This document shows positions 49,630 to 59,438 of a DNA stretch of 64,000 bases, in pieces. Each line of letters opens with the position of its first letter. The first letter of the stretch is position 1. A program made the translations under genes and the position numbers. The DNA comes from Polyangiales bacterium. GTDB lineage: Bacteria; Myxococcota_A; Polyangia; Polyangiales; Ga0077539. Location: NCBI GenBank assembly GCA_046351535.1, contig JAXLYG010000005.1, positions 101,334 to 165,333 of the forward strand. Direction: 5' to 3'. The notes beneath the pieces are model-generated. The model had not been told where the DNA came from and searched no databases. It worked only from the letters and a program-made list of their open reading frames with translations.

Positions 49630-50444
49630 ACGCGCCGCCCGAAGGGACGCTCGAGCGCTGGGCGTGGGACTACCTCCACGCGACGGACCTCGCGACGAAG
49701 CTCTCTCCGCCCAAGGCTCCCGACGAGACCGAGCGAGACGCGCCCGCCCGCTTCATCGCAGCGCCCTCGCGCCCCGCGGAGCTCACGGTCGTCGAGCGCG
49801 CGGAGAAGGTCCCTTCCGCAGGCGCGCTGCGTGATCCCAGGCAGCGCGCGAGGCTCACGCACACGTTCCTCCACCACGAGCTTCAGGCGGCGGAGCTCAT
49901 GGCGTGGGCTCTCCTGGCCTTTCCCGATGCGCCCGCGGCGTTTCGAAGGGGCCTCGTGACGGTCTTCGAAGACGAGGTGCGGCACATCTCGCTCTACGCC
50001 GAGCACGTCGAGCGACACGGCGCGCGCTTCGGCGAGTGGCCCGTGCGCGACTGGTTCTGGCAGCGGATCCCCGCGGCGAAGACGCCCGCCCACTTCGTCG
50101 CCGTGATGGGGATGGGCTTCGAAGGCGCCAACCTCGATCACTGCGCCCGCTTCGCCGCGCAGCTCCACGCGGTCGGTGACGACGACGGCGCGCGCAGGGT
50201 CGAGGCCGTGGGCGACGAGGAGGTCCCGCACGTTCGCTTCGGGCTCCACTGGTTCAAGCGCTTCACGGGCGCAGACGACTTCGCGTCGTGGGAGTCGCAC
50301 CTGCCCGAGCCGCTCTCTCCGTGGCTGATGAAGGGCGCTCCGCTCGACCGCGCGCAGCGTCGCCGCGCGGGCTTCAGCGAGACCTTTCTCGACGCGCTCG
50401 AAGGCTACGCGTGGACCCCGCGCCGAAGCGCGCCTGGTACCTGA
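49608..50444 (+). CDS. DUF455-family ferritin-like protein
   Basis: LHHELQAAELMAWALLAFPD ... FEDEVRHISLYAEH ... GFEGANLDH is the DUF455 di-iron-like pattern. Overlaps the upstream gene by 22 nt. Confidence 0.55.
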   Translation: MRGRSAVNAPPEGTLERWAWDYLHATDLATKLSPPKAPDETERDAPARFIAAPSRPAELTVVERAEKVPSAGALRDPRQRARLTHTFLHHELQAAELMAWALLAFPDAPAAFRRGLVTVFEDEVRHISLYAEHVERHGARFGEWPVRDWFWQRIPAAKTPAHFVAVMGMGFEGANLDHCARFAAQLHAVGDDDGARRVEAVGDEEVPHVRFGLHWFKRFTGADDFASWESHLPEPLSPWLMKGAPLDRAQRRRAGFSETFLDALEGYAWTPRRSAPGT

Positions 50445-51310
50445 ACCTCGACGCCGAAGAGGAGCTGCGCCACCCCGGCGCGGTGAACCCCTCGCGCGCG
50501 ATCATCGAGCGCTGCGCCGCGCTCTCTTCGAAGCTCACAGGGCTCGTTCCGCCGGGTGACCTCGCGTGGACCCCTGGCACCGCAGCGCCCGACGCGCGCG
50601 GACGCATCGCGATGGCGTGGTGCCCGACCCCGAGCGCGTTGCGAGCGCTCTCGCGCGCGGGCGCGGTGACGTCACCGTCGCCGTCGTGGGCGGTGCTTCG
50701 CGCGGCCAACCATCGCGCGCTCTCGTCGTCGATCGCGCAGCCGCTCCCTGGCGCCGCGTATGTGGGGGATCTCACTTCGCTCGAAGCGCTGCTCGCGACG
50801 CGCTCGATCACGGGCGTGTGGCGCTTGAAGCGTCCCCTCGGATACCGCGGCGGAGGGCGCCTCCGCGTGCGGGGGAGCGCGCTCGATGAACCGTCGCTGC
50901 GGTGGGCGCGCGCGAGCTTCGAGGCCGACGGAGGCTTGCAGGTCGAGCCCGAGGTCGATCGCGTCGAAGACCACGGGCGGCACGGCTTTCTCTCGCGCGA
51001 AGGCGCGGTCACCTGGGGCGTACTCACGCGCCAGAGGCTCGACGCGTTCGGCGCGTGGGAGGCCACCGAGCGCATCGGCGACGAGGCGCTCTCCGACGAG
51101 GAGTCGCGCGTCTCGAACGACGTGAACGCGCGCGTGGCGGAGGCGCTGCGCGCGATGGGGTACTTCGGTCCCTTCGGCGTCGACGCGTTCCGTTGGAGAG
51201 ACCCCTCGGGCGCGCTTCGCTACTGCGCGCTCTGCGAGGTGAACGCGCGCTACTCGATGGGCTGGTCGGTGGGCATGGCGGGCCGTCGCGTCGACCTCGA
51301 CGCGCCGTGA
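50411..51310 (+). CDS. hypothetical protein, overlapping the 3' end of the DUF455 gene
   Basis: GTG 50411 (VDPAPKRAWYLNLDAEEEL) is the first plausible start in the 340-aa ORF. It overlaps the DUF455 stop by 34 nt. No confident family; a weak ATP-grasp-like feel (GVWRLKRPLGYRGGGRL). Confidence 0.4.
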   Translation: MDPAPKRAWYLNLDAEEELRHPGAVNPSRAIIERCAALSSKLTGLVPPGDLAWTPGTAAPDARGRIAMAWCPTPSALRALSRAGAVTSPSPSWAVLRAANHRALSSSIAQPLPGAAYVGDLTSLEALLATRSITGVWRLKRPLGYRGGGRLRVRGSALDEPSLRWARASFEADGGLQVEPEVDRVEDHGRHGFLSREGAVTWGVLTRQRLDAFGAWEATERIGDEALSDEESRVSNDVNARVAEALRAMGYFGPFGVDAFRWRDPSGALRYCALCEVNARYSMGWSVGMAGRRVDLDAP

Positions 51311-51334
51311 TCGACTGCGATAGCGTCGTGCGCG

Positions 51335-51808
51335 ATGGGCGACGCGACGACCGAGGTGATCTACGAGGCCCCTGGGCGGACGCGCGCGTGGTGGGGCGCG
51401 GCCTTCGGCGCGCTGGTGTTCTTCGCGGGCCTCGCGTGGATCGTCGCGCGGATGATCCGCAGCCCCGCGATGATCGCGGTGACCGCCGTGATCGTGGCGC
51501 TCGCGCTCGCGGCGCCGACGCTCCTGGGGCAGCGCGGTCCGCTGCGGGCGAAGCGCGTCGTGGCCGACGGAAAGACCCTGCGGGTGGAGCACCGCCGCGG
51601 CGTCGAAGAGATCGCGTACGGCGACATCGCGAGCGCGGAGTACGCGGAGGTCACGCTGGCCGATGGGGTCCCGCTCGACGCGGTGGTGGTGCGAAGCAAG
51701 GCGGGGGCCGAGGTGACCTTCAGCGTGCTCGATCGCGGCGCCGCGGAGGGCGCGGCGAGGGCGATTCGCGCGGTGACGGGCCTCGACGCGAAGCCCGCCG
51801 AGGGGTGA
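51335..51808 (+). CDS. small membrane protein, two TM helices plus a PH-like domain (YdbS/bPH_2-like)
   Basis: TM1 WWGAAFGALVFFAGLAWIVA and TM2 MIAVTAVIVALALAA, followed by a ~90-aa soluble domain. Confidence 0.4.
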   Translation: MGDATTEVIYEAPGRTRAWWGAAFGALVFFAGLAWIVARMIRSPAMIAVTAVIVALALAAPTLLGQRGPLRAKRVVADGKTLRVEHRRGVEEIAYGDIASAEYAEVTLADGVPLDAVVVRSKAGAEVTFSVLDRGAAEGAARAIRAVTGLDAKPAEG

Positions 51809-51809
51809 C

Positions 51810-52394
51810 TCACGCTCGGAGCGCGTCTTCGAGGAACTCCATGCGGTCGTTGCCCCAGTAGAGCTCGCCCCGGTACACGAACGACGGCGCGCCGAAGGCC
51901 TCGCGCGCGATGGCCTCGTCGGTGTACGCGCGGAGCTTGTCCTTCACGGGCGCGGTCTCGATGGCCGCGAGGAGCGCGTCGGAGTCGAGGCCCACGGAGC
52001 GCGCCGCCGCGCGCATCTCGTCGACGGAGGAGATGTCCTTGTCCTCGGCCCACATGGCGCTGAAGAGGGCCAGCGCGAGCTCCTTCGAGCGGCCCGTTGG
52101 CTCCGCCGCGATCACGAGGCGCTCGGGCTTGATCGTGTTGAGCGGAAAGCGCGAGTTCATCACGAAGGGCACGCCGTACTTCTTCGCCCAGCGGTCGAGG
52201 TCGTTGACCATGTAGCGGGCCTTCGGCGGGCTCTGCGCGGGCATGTGGTTGTCGGCGGCCTTGAACACGGCCGCGAGCACGATGGGCTTCCACTGCACGT
52301 CGGCGCCGCGTCGCGCCGCGAGCGCGGGGATCTGCGTCGCGGCGAGGTACGAGTACGGAGACGACAGATCGAAATAGAAATCGACGGTCTTCAT
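51810..52394 (-). CDS. 2-hydroxychromene-2-carboxylate isomerase family protein (DsbA-like thioredoxin fold)
   Basis: MKTVDFYFDLSSPYSYLA N-terminus and GAPSFVYRGELYWGNDRMEFLEDAL C-terminus are typical of the HCCA isomerase/DsbA-like family. Confidence 0.7.
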   Translation of the reverse strand: MKTVDFYFDLSSPYSYLAATQIPALAARRGADVQWKPIVLAAVFKAADNHMPAQSPPKARYMVNDLDRWAKKYGVPFVMNSRFPLNTIKPERLVIAAEPTGRSKELALALFSAMWAEDKDISSVDEMRAAARSVGLDSDALLAAIETAPVKDKLRAYTDEAIAREAFGAPSFVYRGELYWGNDRMEFLEDALRA

Positions 52395-52451
52395 GGGGCG
52401 CCGAAACTACCCCAAATCACGCCGCGCGTTGTACCTACTCTCGCGCCCGCG

Positions 52452-53798
52452 ATGGACCTCTTCGACCGACAGAAACCCCCTCCCCCGAGCGCTGCGTCCG
52501 AGGCTTCGCAGGGCGAAGCGCCCGACGCGCCCCTCGCCGATCGCATGCGCCCGCGCACCCTCGACGAGCTCTCGGGTCACGACGCCGTGCTCGGCCCGAA
52601 GACCCCGCTGGGAAGGTCGATCCGCGCAGACCGCGCCCCGTCGATCCTGCTCTGGGGGCCGCCCGGCTGCGGCAAGACCACCGTCGCCCGCTGCCTCGCC
52701 GCGCACTCGAAGGGGCGCTTCGTCCAGCTCTCCGCCGTGCTCTCGGGCGTGGCCGAGGTGCGCGCCGCGGTGGCCCAGGCCGAGCACGAGCGCAAGGCCG
52801 GTCGACGCACGGTGCTCTTCGTCGACGAGATCCACCGCTTCAACCGCGCGCAGCAGGACGCGCTGCTCCCCCACGTCGAAGCGGGCACCGTCACGCTCGT
52901 CGGCGCGACGACGGAGAACCCCTCGTTCGCGGTGAACGCCGCGGTGCTCTCGCGCGCCCAGGTCGTGCGCCTCGAACCGCTCGCGGCCGAGCACCTCGTC
53001 CCGGTGCTCTCTCGCGCGCTCACAGACGCCGAGCGCGGACTCGGTTCGCTCGGTGTGACGGCCACCGAAGAGGCCCTCGCGGCCATCGCGCGGTGGGCCG
53101 ACGGCGACGCGCGCAAGGCGCTCGGACTCCTCGAACACGTCGCGCGCGAGGCGCAGGGCGCGGGCAAGACCGAGGCGACCTTCGAAGACGTCGAGGCCGC
53201 GTCGAGGGAGCGCACCCTCCGCTACGACCGCTCCGGCGAGGAGCACTACAACCTCGCGAGCGCGCTCATCAAGAGCCTCCGCGGGAGCGATCCCGACGCG
53301 GCGCTCTACTGGGCCCTGCGCATGATCGAAGCGGGCGACGATCCGCGCTTCGTGCTCCGTCGGCTCATCATCTTCGCCTCGGAGGACATCGGCCTCGCGG
53401 ACTCACGCGCGCTCGAGATCGCCGTCGCCGCCGATCGCGCGTTCGAACGTCTGGGCGCGCCCGAGGGATTGATCCCGCTGAGTCACGCGGTGGTCTACCT
53501 GTCGATCGCGCCCAAATCGAAGTCGGCCTACAACGCCCTCGGCGCGGCGAAATCCGAGATCGAGCGCTCGGGGGCGCTGCCCGTTCCGCTGAAGCTCCGC
53601 AACGCGCCGACGAAGGCGATGAAGGAGTGGGGCTACGGCGCGGAGTACAACGACCCGCAGAAGGCCGAAGGGGGCTACGTGCCCGAGCACTACCTCCCCG
53701 AAGCGCTCCAGGGCGCGGAGTTCTACACGCCGACGACGCGCGGCACCGAGGCGAAGATCGCCGAGCACCTCGCGAAGCTCCGGGCGCGACGACCCTAG
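52452..53798 (+). CDS. rarA: replication-associated recombination protein A (AAA+ ATPase RarA/MgsA)
   Basis: Start ATG 52452 (MDLFDRQ). Walker A LWGPPGCGKTT, Walker B VLFVDEIHRFN, and the MgsA C-terminal helical domain. Confidence 0.85.
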   Translation: MDLFDRQKPPPPSAASEASQGEAPDAPLADRMRPRTLDELSGHDAVLGPKTPLGRSIRADRAPSILLWGPPGCGKTTVARCLAAHSKGRFVQLSAVLSGVAEVRAAVAQAEHERKAGRRTVLFVDEIHRFNRAQQDALLPHVEAGTVTLVGATTENPSFAVNAAVLSRAQVVRLEPLAAEHLVPVLSRALTDAERGLGSLGVTATEEALAAIARWADGDARKALGLLEHVAREAQGAGKTEATFEDVEAASRERTLRYDRSGEEHYNLASALIKSLRGSDPDAALYWALRMIEAGDDPRFVLRRLIIFASEDIGLADSRALEIAVAADRAFERLGAPEGLIPLSHAVVYLSIAPKSKSAYNALGAAKSEIERSGALPVPLKLRNAPTKAMKEWGYGAEYNDPQKAEGGYVPEHYLPEALQGAEFYTPTTRGTEAKIAEHLAKLRARRP

Positions 53799-54562
53799 AA
53801 CGCCCTGCCCTGCCCGCCATCGACGGGGATGCACGCGCCGGTCACCCACGACGCGCGCGGCGAACACAGGAAGGTCACCACGCTCGCGATCTCGTCGGGC
53901 TCACCGAACCTGCCCCACGGGAGGTCCTCTTCGAGCATGCGCTTGATGCGCTCGGGGTGGCTCTTCGCGCGGCGATCCCACGAGCCGCCCTCGAACATGA
54001 TCGAGCCCGGGGCCACGGTGTTCACGCGGATCTTGTGCTTCGCGAGGTCGACGGCCATCGACTTGCCGAGCGCGATGAGCCCCGCCTTCGCGGTCACGTA
54101 CGGCGCCGACGAGGCGTACTCGCGGCCCGAGATGCTCGACACGTGCACGATCGCGCCGCCCGTGTTCTTCATGTGCTCCACGGCGCGGCGGGAGCAGTGC
54201 AGCGCCGAGAAGAGGTTGAGGTCGACCACGCGCGACCAGTCGTCTTCGCTCGCGACGTCGAAGCCCTTGCTCCCGAGGGAACCGCCCGCGTTGTTCACCA
54301 GGATGTCGAGCGCGCCGAAGCGCGAGGCCGCGTCGTCGACGGCGAGCGCCGCGCCGCCCGCGGAGCTCACGTCGGCGGTGATCCCGTAGACGTCGAAGCC
54401 CTCGGCGGTGAGCGCGGCGACGGCGGCGTCGAGGGTCTCGGGGGTGCGTCCGCAGAGGGCGACGCGGGCGCCTTCACGGCAGAGCGAGCGCGCGATGGCG
54501 AGGCCGATCCCGCGCGACGATCCGGTGACCAGCGCGGCGCGGTTGGTGAGCGAGAGGTCCAT
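53795..54562 (-). CDS. SDR-family short-chain dehydrogenase/reductase
   Basis: TGSSRGIGLAIA cofactor motif, NNAG, and the catalytic Y...K pair (YVTAKAG). Confidence 0.8.
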   Translation of the reverse strand: MDLSLTNRAALVTGSSRGIGLAIARSLCREGARVALCGRTPETLDAAVAALTAEGFDVYGITADVSSAGGAALAVDDAASRFGALDILVNNAGGSLGSKGFDVASEDDWSRVVDLNLFSALHCSRRAVEHMKNTGGAIVHVSSISGREYASSAPYVTAKAGLIALGKSMAVDLAKHKIRVNTVAPGSIMFEGGSWDRRAKSHPERIKRMLEEDLPWGRFGEPDEIASVVTFLCSPRASWVTGACIPVDGGQGRAF

Positions 54563-54602
54563 CGGCGAAGGCGATACCGCGACGGGGCGTCACGGCGCAA
54601 CG

Positions 54603-55973
54603 TCACTCTCGACGCGACGGCGCGCGCGGCGCAGGAGGCGGCGGAGGCGGCGCGTTGGCGGCCCGCTCTCGGGCCCGCACCATCCCCCGGAGGAGCTGAT
54701 ATCCGAGCCGGAGCTGGAGGTCGCGGATCTCGCTCCCGGGCGCCTCGACGGGCGGCGGGTCGTTCGACTCGTTGTTGGGCAGGTGCTGATCGAGGTCGCG
54801 CTCGCGCTCGGGGGCCTCCGTCGATCCCGCGGCGGGCTCCTCGGGCAGCGTGACCTGCTCGACCTGCACGTCGGGGGCGATGCCCTGCGCTTGAATGCTT
54901 CGCCCCGAGGGCGTGAAATACCGGGCGATCGTGAGCTTGAGCGCGCCGCCGTCGGGCAGGTCGACGACGGTCTGCACGGAGCCCTTTCCGAACGTGCGCG
55001 TGCCCACGAGCGTGGCGCGGTGGTGGTCCTGGAGCGCGCCCGCGAGGATCTCCGCGGCGCTGGCCGTGTACTCGTTCACGAGCACCACGATGGGAAAGTC
55101 GGGGCGTGTCCCCGCGGTGTGCGCGCGGGCCTCGTCTTGCGCCGATCCGTCGCGCCCGCGCGTCGAGACGATGACCCCGTCCGCGAGGAACTCGTCGGCG
55201 ATGAAGATGGCCTCGTCGAGGAGGCCCCCCGGGTCGTTGCGGAGGTCGAGCACGAGGCCGTTGAGGCGCCCGCCGGAGCTGCGCGTGAGCTCGTCGAGGG
55301 CGCGCGTCACCTCGTCGCTCGCGCGCTCCTGAAAGCTCTTGATGGTGAGGTACCCGACGCCGCCGTCCATGACGTGCGACTCGACCGACGAGACGTGCAC
55401 CACCTCGCGCACGAGGTCGAGGCGCAGCGGCTCGGTCTGCCCCCTGCGCTGGAGCACCACGCGGACGTGTGAGCCCGGCGCGCCGCGCATCCGTCGCACG
55501 GCCTCGTCGACGTCGAGCCCGCGCGCGTCTCTCCCCTCGATCTGGAGGATCTCGTCGCCCGCGCGCACGCCGGCCCTCGCCGCGGGGGAGCCCGCGATGG
55601 GCGCGATGACCGTGAGAAAATCGCCGCGCGCGTCGATCTCGACGCCGACGCCGCCGAACTGCCCCGTCGTGTCGCTCTCGAGGAGCGCGTACTCCTCGGC
55701 GTTGAGGTACGAGCTGTGCGGGTCGAGGGTGCCCACCATGCCCCGGATGGCGCCGTCGATGAGGCGGTCTTCATCGACGGGGTCGACGTAGCTGTTCTCG
55801 ATGTGGGCCATCACCTGCGAGAGCACGCCGAGGCGGCGATAGGCCGACGCGCGCGGAGGGATCGCCGTGGCCGAGCGGTCGACGAGCACCCCCGCGCCGA
55901 AGCTCGCGACGAGGGCCGCGCCCGCTGCGGCAGCGCGCCACGAGAGAGATTCCGAGAACAGACGTTTGACCAT
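54603..55973 (-). CDS. ctpA: carboxyl-terminal processing protease (S41 family, PDZ-containing)
   Basis: Start ATG 55973 (MVKRLFSESL, signal peptide or TM). PDZ domain, S41 catalytic region (GLVLDLRNDPGG...TASAAEILAGAL...TFGKGSVQ), and a Pro-rich C-terminal tail. Confidence 0.75.
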   Translation of the reverse strand: MVKRLFSESLSWRAAAAGAALVASFGAGVLVDRSATAIPPRASAYRRLGVLSQVMAHIENSYVDPVDEDRLIDGAIRGMVGTLDPHSSYLNAEEYALLESDTTGQFGGVGVEIDARGDFLTVIAPIAGSPAARAGVRAGDEILQIEGRDARGLDVDEAVRRMRGAPGSHVRVVLQRRGQTEPLRLDLVREVVHVSSVESHVMDGGVGYLTIKSFQERASDEVTRALDELTRSSGGRLNGLVLDLRNDPGGLLDEAIFIADEFLADGVIVSTRGRDGSAQDEARAHTAGTRPDFPIVVLVNEYTASAAEILAGALQDHHRATLVGTRTFGKGSVQTVVDLPDGGALKLTIARYFTPSGRSIQAQGIAPDVQVEQVTLPEEPAAGSTEAPERERDLDQHLPNNESNDPPPVEAPGSEIRDLQLRLGYQLLRGMVRARERAANAPPPPPPAPRAPSRRE

Positions 55974-56137
55974 CGGAGGTCGCGGAGTGTAGTGCGGCGG
56001 CGAAGCAAACCACAACGAAGGGGCGGCCGCGCACCATCGTGTGTCGGTCCCTTGACGGCGGGGCCAGGTTTGAGAGACTCCGCCGCCCTTTTCCACGGTT
56101 CTTGAAGCGAACTGTTCTCGGATTCTCTGGAGGTACA

Positions 56138-58459
56138 ATGAAGCGGTTGACTCTCGCAGGCCTGCTCGCAGTGAGCGGGTCCCTCGCGGCCTGTGGCGAT
56201 TCCACTGGTAACACCCCCGCGGACGCCGCGGTCCCCACGGACACCGTGATGCCCACGGACACCGTGACGCCGATGGACACCACGCCTTCCGACGTGGCCA
56301 CCGACAACGCGCCCACGGACCGTCCCGGCGACGTCGCCGCCGACCGCGCCGACGCGGGGCCCACCTGCGGACGCCTGTCGTACACGACCGTCGCGCGCAT
56401 GGGCGCCACGACCACCGTCCGCGGCGACAACACCCAGGCCTGGATGGACCAGACCATGGGCCGCCCCACGGGCGCTCCGCCGGTCCGCCCCCCGTCGGGT
56501 AGCACCACCTGCGTCGCGATGTCGGGTCAGCTCGCGTACTCGTACACCATCGGCTCGACCGCTTCGGCCCTGCGCATCTCGACCACCAACGCAGGCACCC
56601 CGCGCAACTTCGACACGGTGCTCTACGTCACCACGCGCTGCGCCAACACCCTCACGGCCGCGGCCTGCAACGACGACGACCCCGAGTACGCCTCGCGCCC
56701 CGACCGCCGCGTCTCGTCGCTCGTGACCACCGAGGTGCTCCCCGCGGGCACGCAGGTGTTCATCCTCGTCGGCGGGTTCTACCCGCCGGGCGACGGCACC
56801 ACGACGATCGACCATGGCATGTTCGAGATGACCATCAACGAGCTGCCCGCGGTGGCCGACGGCGGCGCCTGCGACGCCAACGGCCTCGCGAACCGCTGCG
56901 ACACCAACCTCGTCTGCGTGGCCGACACCATCGGCGGCGACGCCGGTCACTGCCGCGCGCGCGGCAGCGTCGCGGGCGCCCTCTGCCGCACCAGCGAGCC
57001 GCGCTGCGACACGGGCCTCACCTGCTCGTCGACGGCCACCACCGGCGTGTGCATCGCCACGGGCATGGCCGACGGACCCTGCAACCCCCGCACGGCCTGC
57101 CCCGACGGGTACGTCTGCGCGGCCACCACGCTCGGCATCGCGTCGGGCACCTGCCGCCGCACGGGCACCGTGCTCGGCTCGGCCTGCCGCCCCGTGGGCG
57201 CCACGGGCGGACGCTGCGACGCGCCCCTCATCTGCGCGGCCGACATCGACCCCTCGCGCGCGGCCAACTGCGTCCGCGCCGCCGTCGCCGGGATGGAGTG
57301 CGACACGATCCGCTCGATCTGCCCGACGGGCACCACCTGCGTGACGCCCAACGGCGCCACCGCGATCGGCACCTGCACGGCCGACGGCGCCGGCCCCCGC
57401 GCCCGCTGCCGCGCCTCGGGAACCCGCTGCGACATGGGCCTCGAGTGCATCACCCTCGGTGAAGGCACCGCCGCGGAGGAGCTCTGCCTCCGCCGCTCGA
57501 CGACCAACATGGCCTGCGGCCCGGCGCTCCAGTGCCCCGACGCCGACACCTGCTACCTCACCGACCTCACCGACCGCTCCAACGGCCTCTGCGGCGCGAC
57601 GGGCGCGGCGGGCGGCGCGTGCAACACCGCGATGCCCTTCTGCTCGGGCTCGCTCGTGTGCAGCAGCGACACCGGCAACGGCCTCTGCGGCACCGTCAGC
57701 ACCATGATGGGCGCGGCCTGTGACCGCCTCCACTCGCGCTGCGGCACGGGCCTCTCGTGCGTGCTCGCCGCGGGCAGCCAGACGATGGGCACCTGCCAGC
57801 CCGACGGCTCCGTCGCCGGCGCTGACTGCCGCACGGGCGACATGCCCTGCGCCACGGGCCTCACCTGCAACGGCTCCGCCCTCAGCGGCGGCGTGTGCCA
57901 GCGCGCGGTCACCGCGGGCATGGCCTGCGACCCGATCAACGGCACCACGGCGTGCCCCGCGATGCAGTACTGCCTCGCGTCGGCCTTCAACGCCGGCACC
58001 TGCTCGGGCACCACGACCCCCGAGATGGAGCCCAACGACGCCCCGACGAACGTGATGGCCCGCGCGATCACGACCCCGTCGCTCATCACCGGCGCCCTCG
58101 GCCGCCTCGACGTCGACTGCGTGGCGGTCACCGTGCCCGCCATGGGCCGCATCGTCGCGATGGTCTCCGACGGCAACGGCCGCTGCCGCGTCAACATCGG
58201 CGGACGCCTCGCCATGGACGTGTACAGCCCCGACGGCACCACGATCCGCGGCATCGCCACGCAGAACGGTCCCTTCGGCTCGGGCTCGTGCGCCCACGTC
58301 GACGGCGGCCGCGCGATCCAGTCGTACGCGGGCGGCCTCGCGGCCGGCACGTACTACGTCTGCATCCGCGGCGTGAACGACACGTCGGTCAACCCGCCGG
58401 TCACCACCGACGCGGTCACGAGCTACGTGCTCAGCGTCTCGCCCCTCGCCGCTCCCTGA
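56138..58459 (+). CDS. secreted lipoprotein with about 11 Myxococcus-type cysteine-rich repeats flanked by PPC-like domains
   Basis: Ribosome-binding site GGAGG, then ATG 56138, lipobox SLAACG. Eleven C-x(4-7)-C-x(3-5)-C-x(6-14)-C modules. The C-terminal domain begins EPNDAPTNV, compare the bacterial pre-peptidase C-terminal (PPC) domain. Confidence 0.65.
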   Translation: MKRLTLAGLLAVSGSLAACGDSTGNTPADAAVPTDTVMPTDTVTPMDTTPSDVATDNAPTDRPGDVAADRADAGPTCGRLSYTTVARMGATTTVRGDNTQAWMDQTMGRPTGAPPVRPPSGSTTCVAMSGQLAYSYTIGSTASALRISTTNAGTPRNFDTVLYVTTRCANTLTAAACNDDDPEYASRPDRRVSSLVTTEVLPAGTQVFILVGGFYPPGDGTTTIDHGMFEMTINELPAVADGGACDANGLANRCDTNLVCVADTIGGDAGHCRARGSVAGALCRTSEPRCDTGLTCSSTATTGVCIATGMADGPCNPRTACPDGYVCAATTLGIASGTCRRTGTVLGSACRPVGATGGRCDAPLICAADIDPSRAANCVRAAVAGMECDTIRSICPTGTTCVTPNGATAIGTCTADGAGPRARCRASGTRCDMGLECITLGEGTAAEELCLRRSTTNMACGPALQCPDADTCYLTDLTDRSNGLCGATGAAGGACNTAMPFCSGSLVCSSDTGNGLCGTVSTMMGAACDRLHSRCGTGLSCVLAAGSQTMGTCQPDGSVAGADCRTGDMPCATGLTCNGSALSGGVCQRAVTAGMACDPINGTTACPAMQYCLASAFNAGTCSGTTTPEMEPNDAPTNVMARAITTPSLITGALGRLDVDCVAVTVPAMGRIVAMVSDGNGRCRVNIGGRLAMDVYSPDGTTIRGIATQNGPFGSGSCAHVDGGRAIQSYAGGLAAGTYYVCIRGVNDTSVNPPVTTDAVTSYVLSVSPLAAP

Positions 58460-58503
58460 TTCGCTGACAGCGCGCCACCGGACCGCGTAGCATCGCGGCC
58501 CTG

Positions 58504-59430
58504 GTGGCACCGCTGAATCGCCTCTCTCCCCTCTCCCTCACACTCATCGCGCTCGCCATCGCGGGCTGCGGCACCTCCTCGTCGACGCCCGACGCGGCGG
58601 TCGACGCGGGCCGGGATGCGCCCGCCGACGTCGCCGAGGACAGCACACCCGACGACGACGTGCCGCCGTGCTCGGTGCGCCCCGACGCTTCGAACGTCGC
58701 GTGCGTGCTGCGCGTGCGAGGTCGCGCGGTCGACGCGACGGGCGCGGCCCTCGGCAACACGGTGGTCACGTACTGCAGCACGACCTGCTACGCGACGACC
58801 TCCGACGCGGCGGGAGAGTTCACCGTCCCCGTCGGAGACTTCATCGACACGTCGGTCTACTCGCTGCTCGTGCACGGGAGGCCCGATCACGCGAGCGTGT
58901 ATGTGCGCTCGCCCGCGGCGGTCGACGGGGTCGTCACGATGCCCGCGCCGGTGGCGGTTCCCCGCTACGCCGACATGGGCCCGCTGCTCCCGATGGGCAG
59001 CGCGGGGGGGACCTTCACCGCGGGCGACGTGACCCTCACGGTCTCACCGGGAACAACGCTGGAGTTCGACCTCGAAGACGCGCTCCTCGGCGAGCTCGGG
59101 CGGCGGTTCCGCGTGACCTACGTCCCGATGGCGCAGGCGCCCGCGTTCGCGCGCGAGGCCAACCTCACGGCGCTGTGGGCGCTCGGTCCGTTCAACCTCC
59201 TCGCCGATCACCCCGTCGCGGTGCGCGTCGCGAATCGCGCGGGCCTCGCCGCGGGCAGCGCCGTCGAGTTCGTCGCGCTCGGGCAGGACATCCTCAGCGT
59301 GCCGCCCACCGCGGGTCACCCCATCGTCGTCGCGAGGGGACACGTCTCCGCCGACGGAATGTCTGCCACCACCGACCCCGGAACAGGCATCTCCTACGTG
59401 ACCTGGATCGGCATCCGTCCCCTGAGGTGA
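58504..59430 (+). CDS. hypothetical lipoprotein with a carboxypeptidase-regulatory-like (transthyretin-like) domain
   Basis: Lipobox ALAIAGCG. VRGRAVDATGAALGNTVVTY resembles CarboxypepD_reg. Confidence 0.5.
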   Translation: MAPLNRLSPLSLTLIALAIAGCGTSSSTPDAAVDAGRDAPADVAEDSTPDDDVPPCSVRPDASNVACVLRVRGRAVDATGAALGNTVVTYCSTTCYATTSDAAGEFTVPVGDFIDTSVYSLLVHGRPDHASVYVRSPAAVDGVVTMPAPVAVPRYADMGPLLPMGSAGGTFTAGDVTLTVSPGTTLEFDLEDALLGELGRRFRVTYVPMAQAPAFAREANLTALWALGPFNLLADHPVAVRVANRAGLAAGSAVEFVALGQDILSVPPTAGHPIVVARGHVSADGMSATTDPGTGISYVTWIGIRPLR

Positions 59431-59438
59431 ACCCTTCG

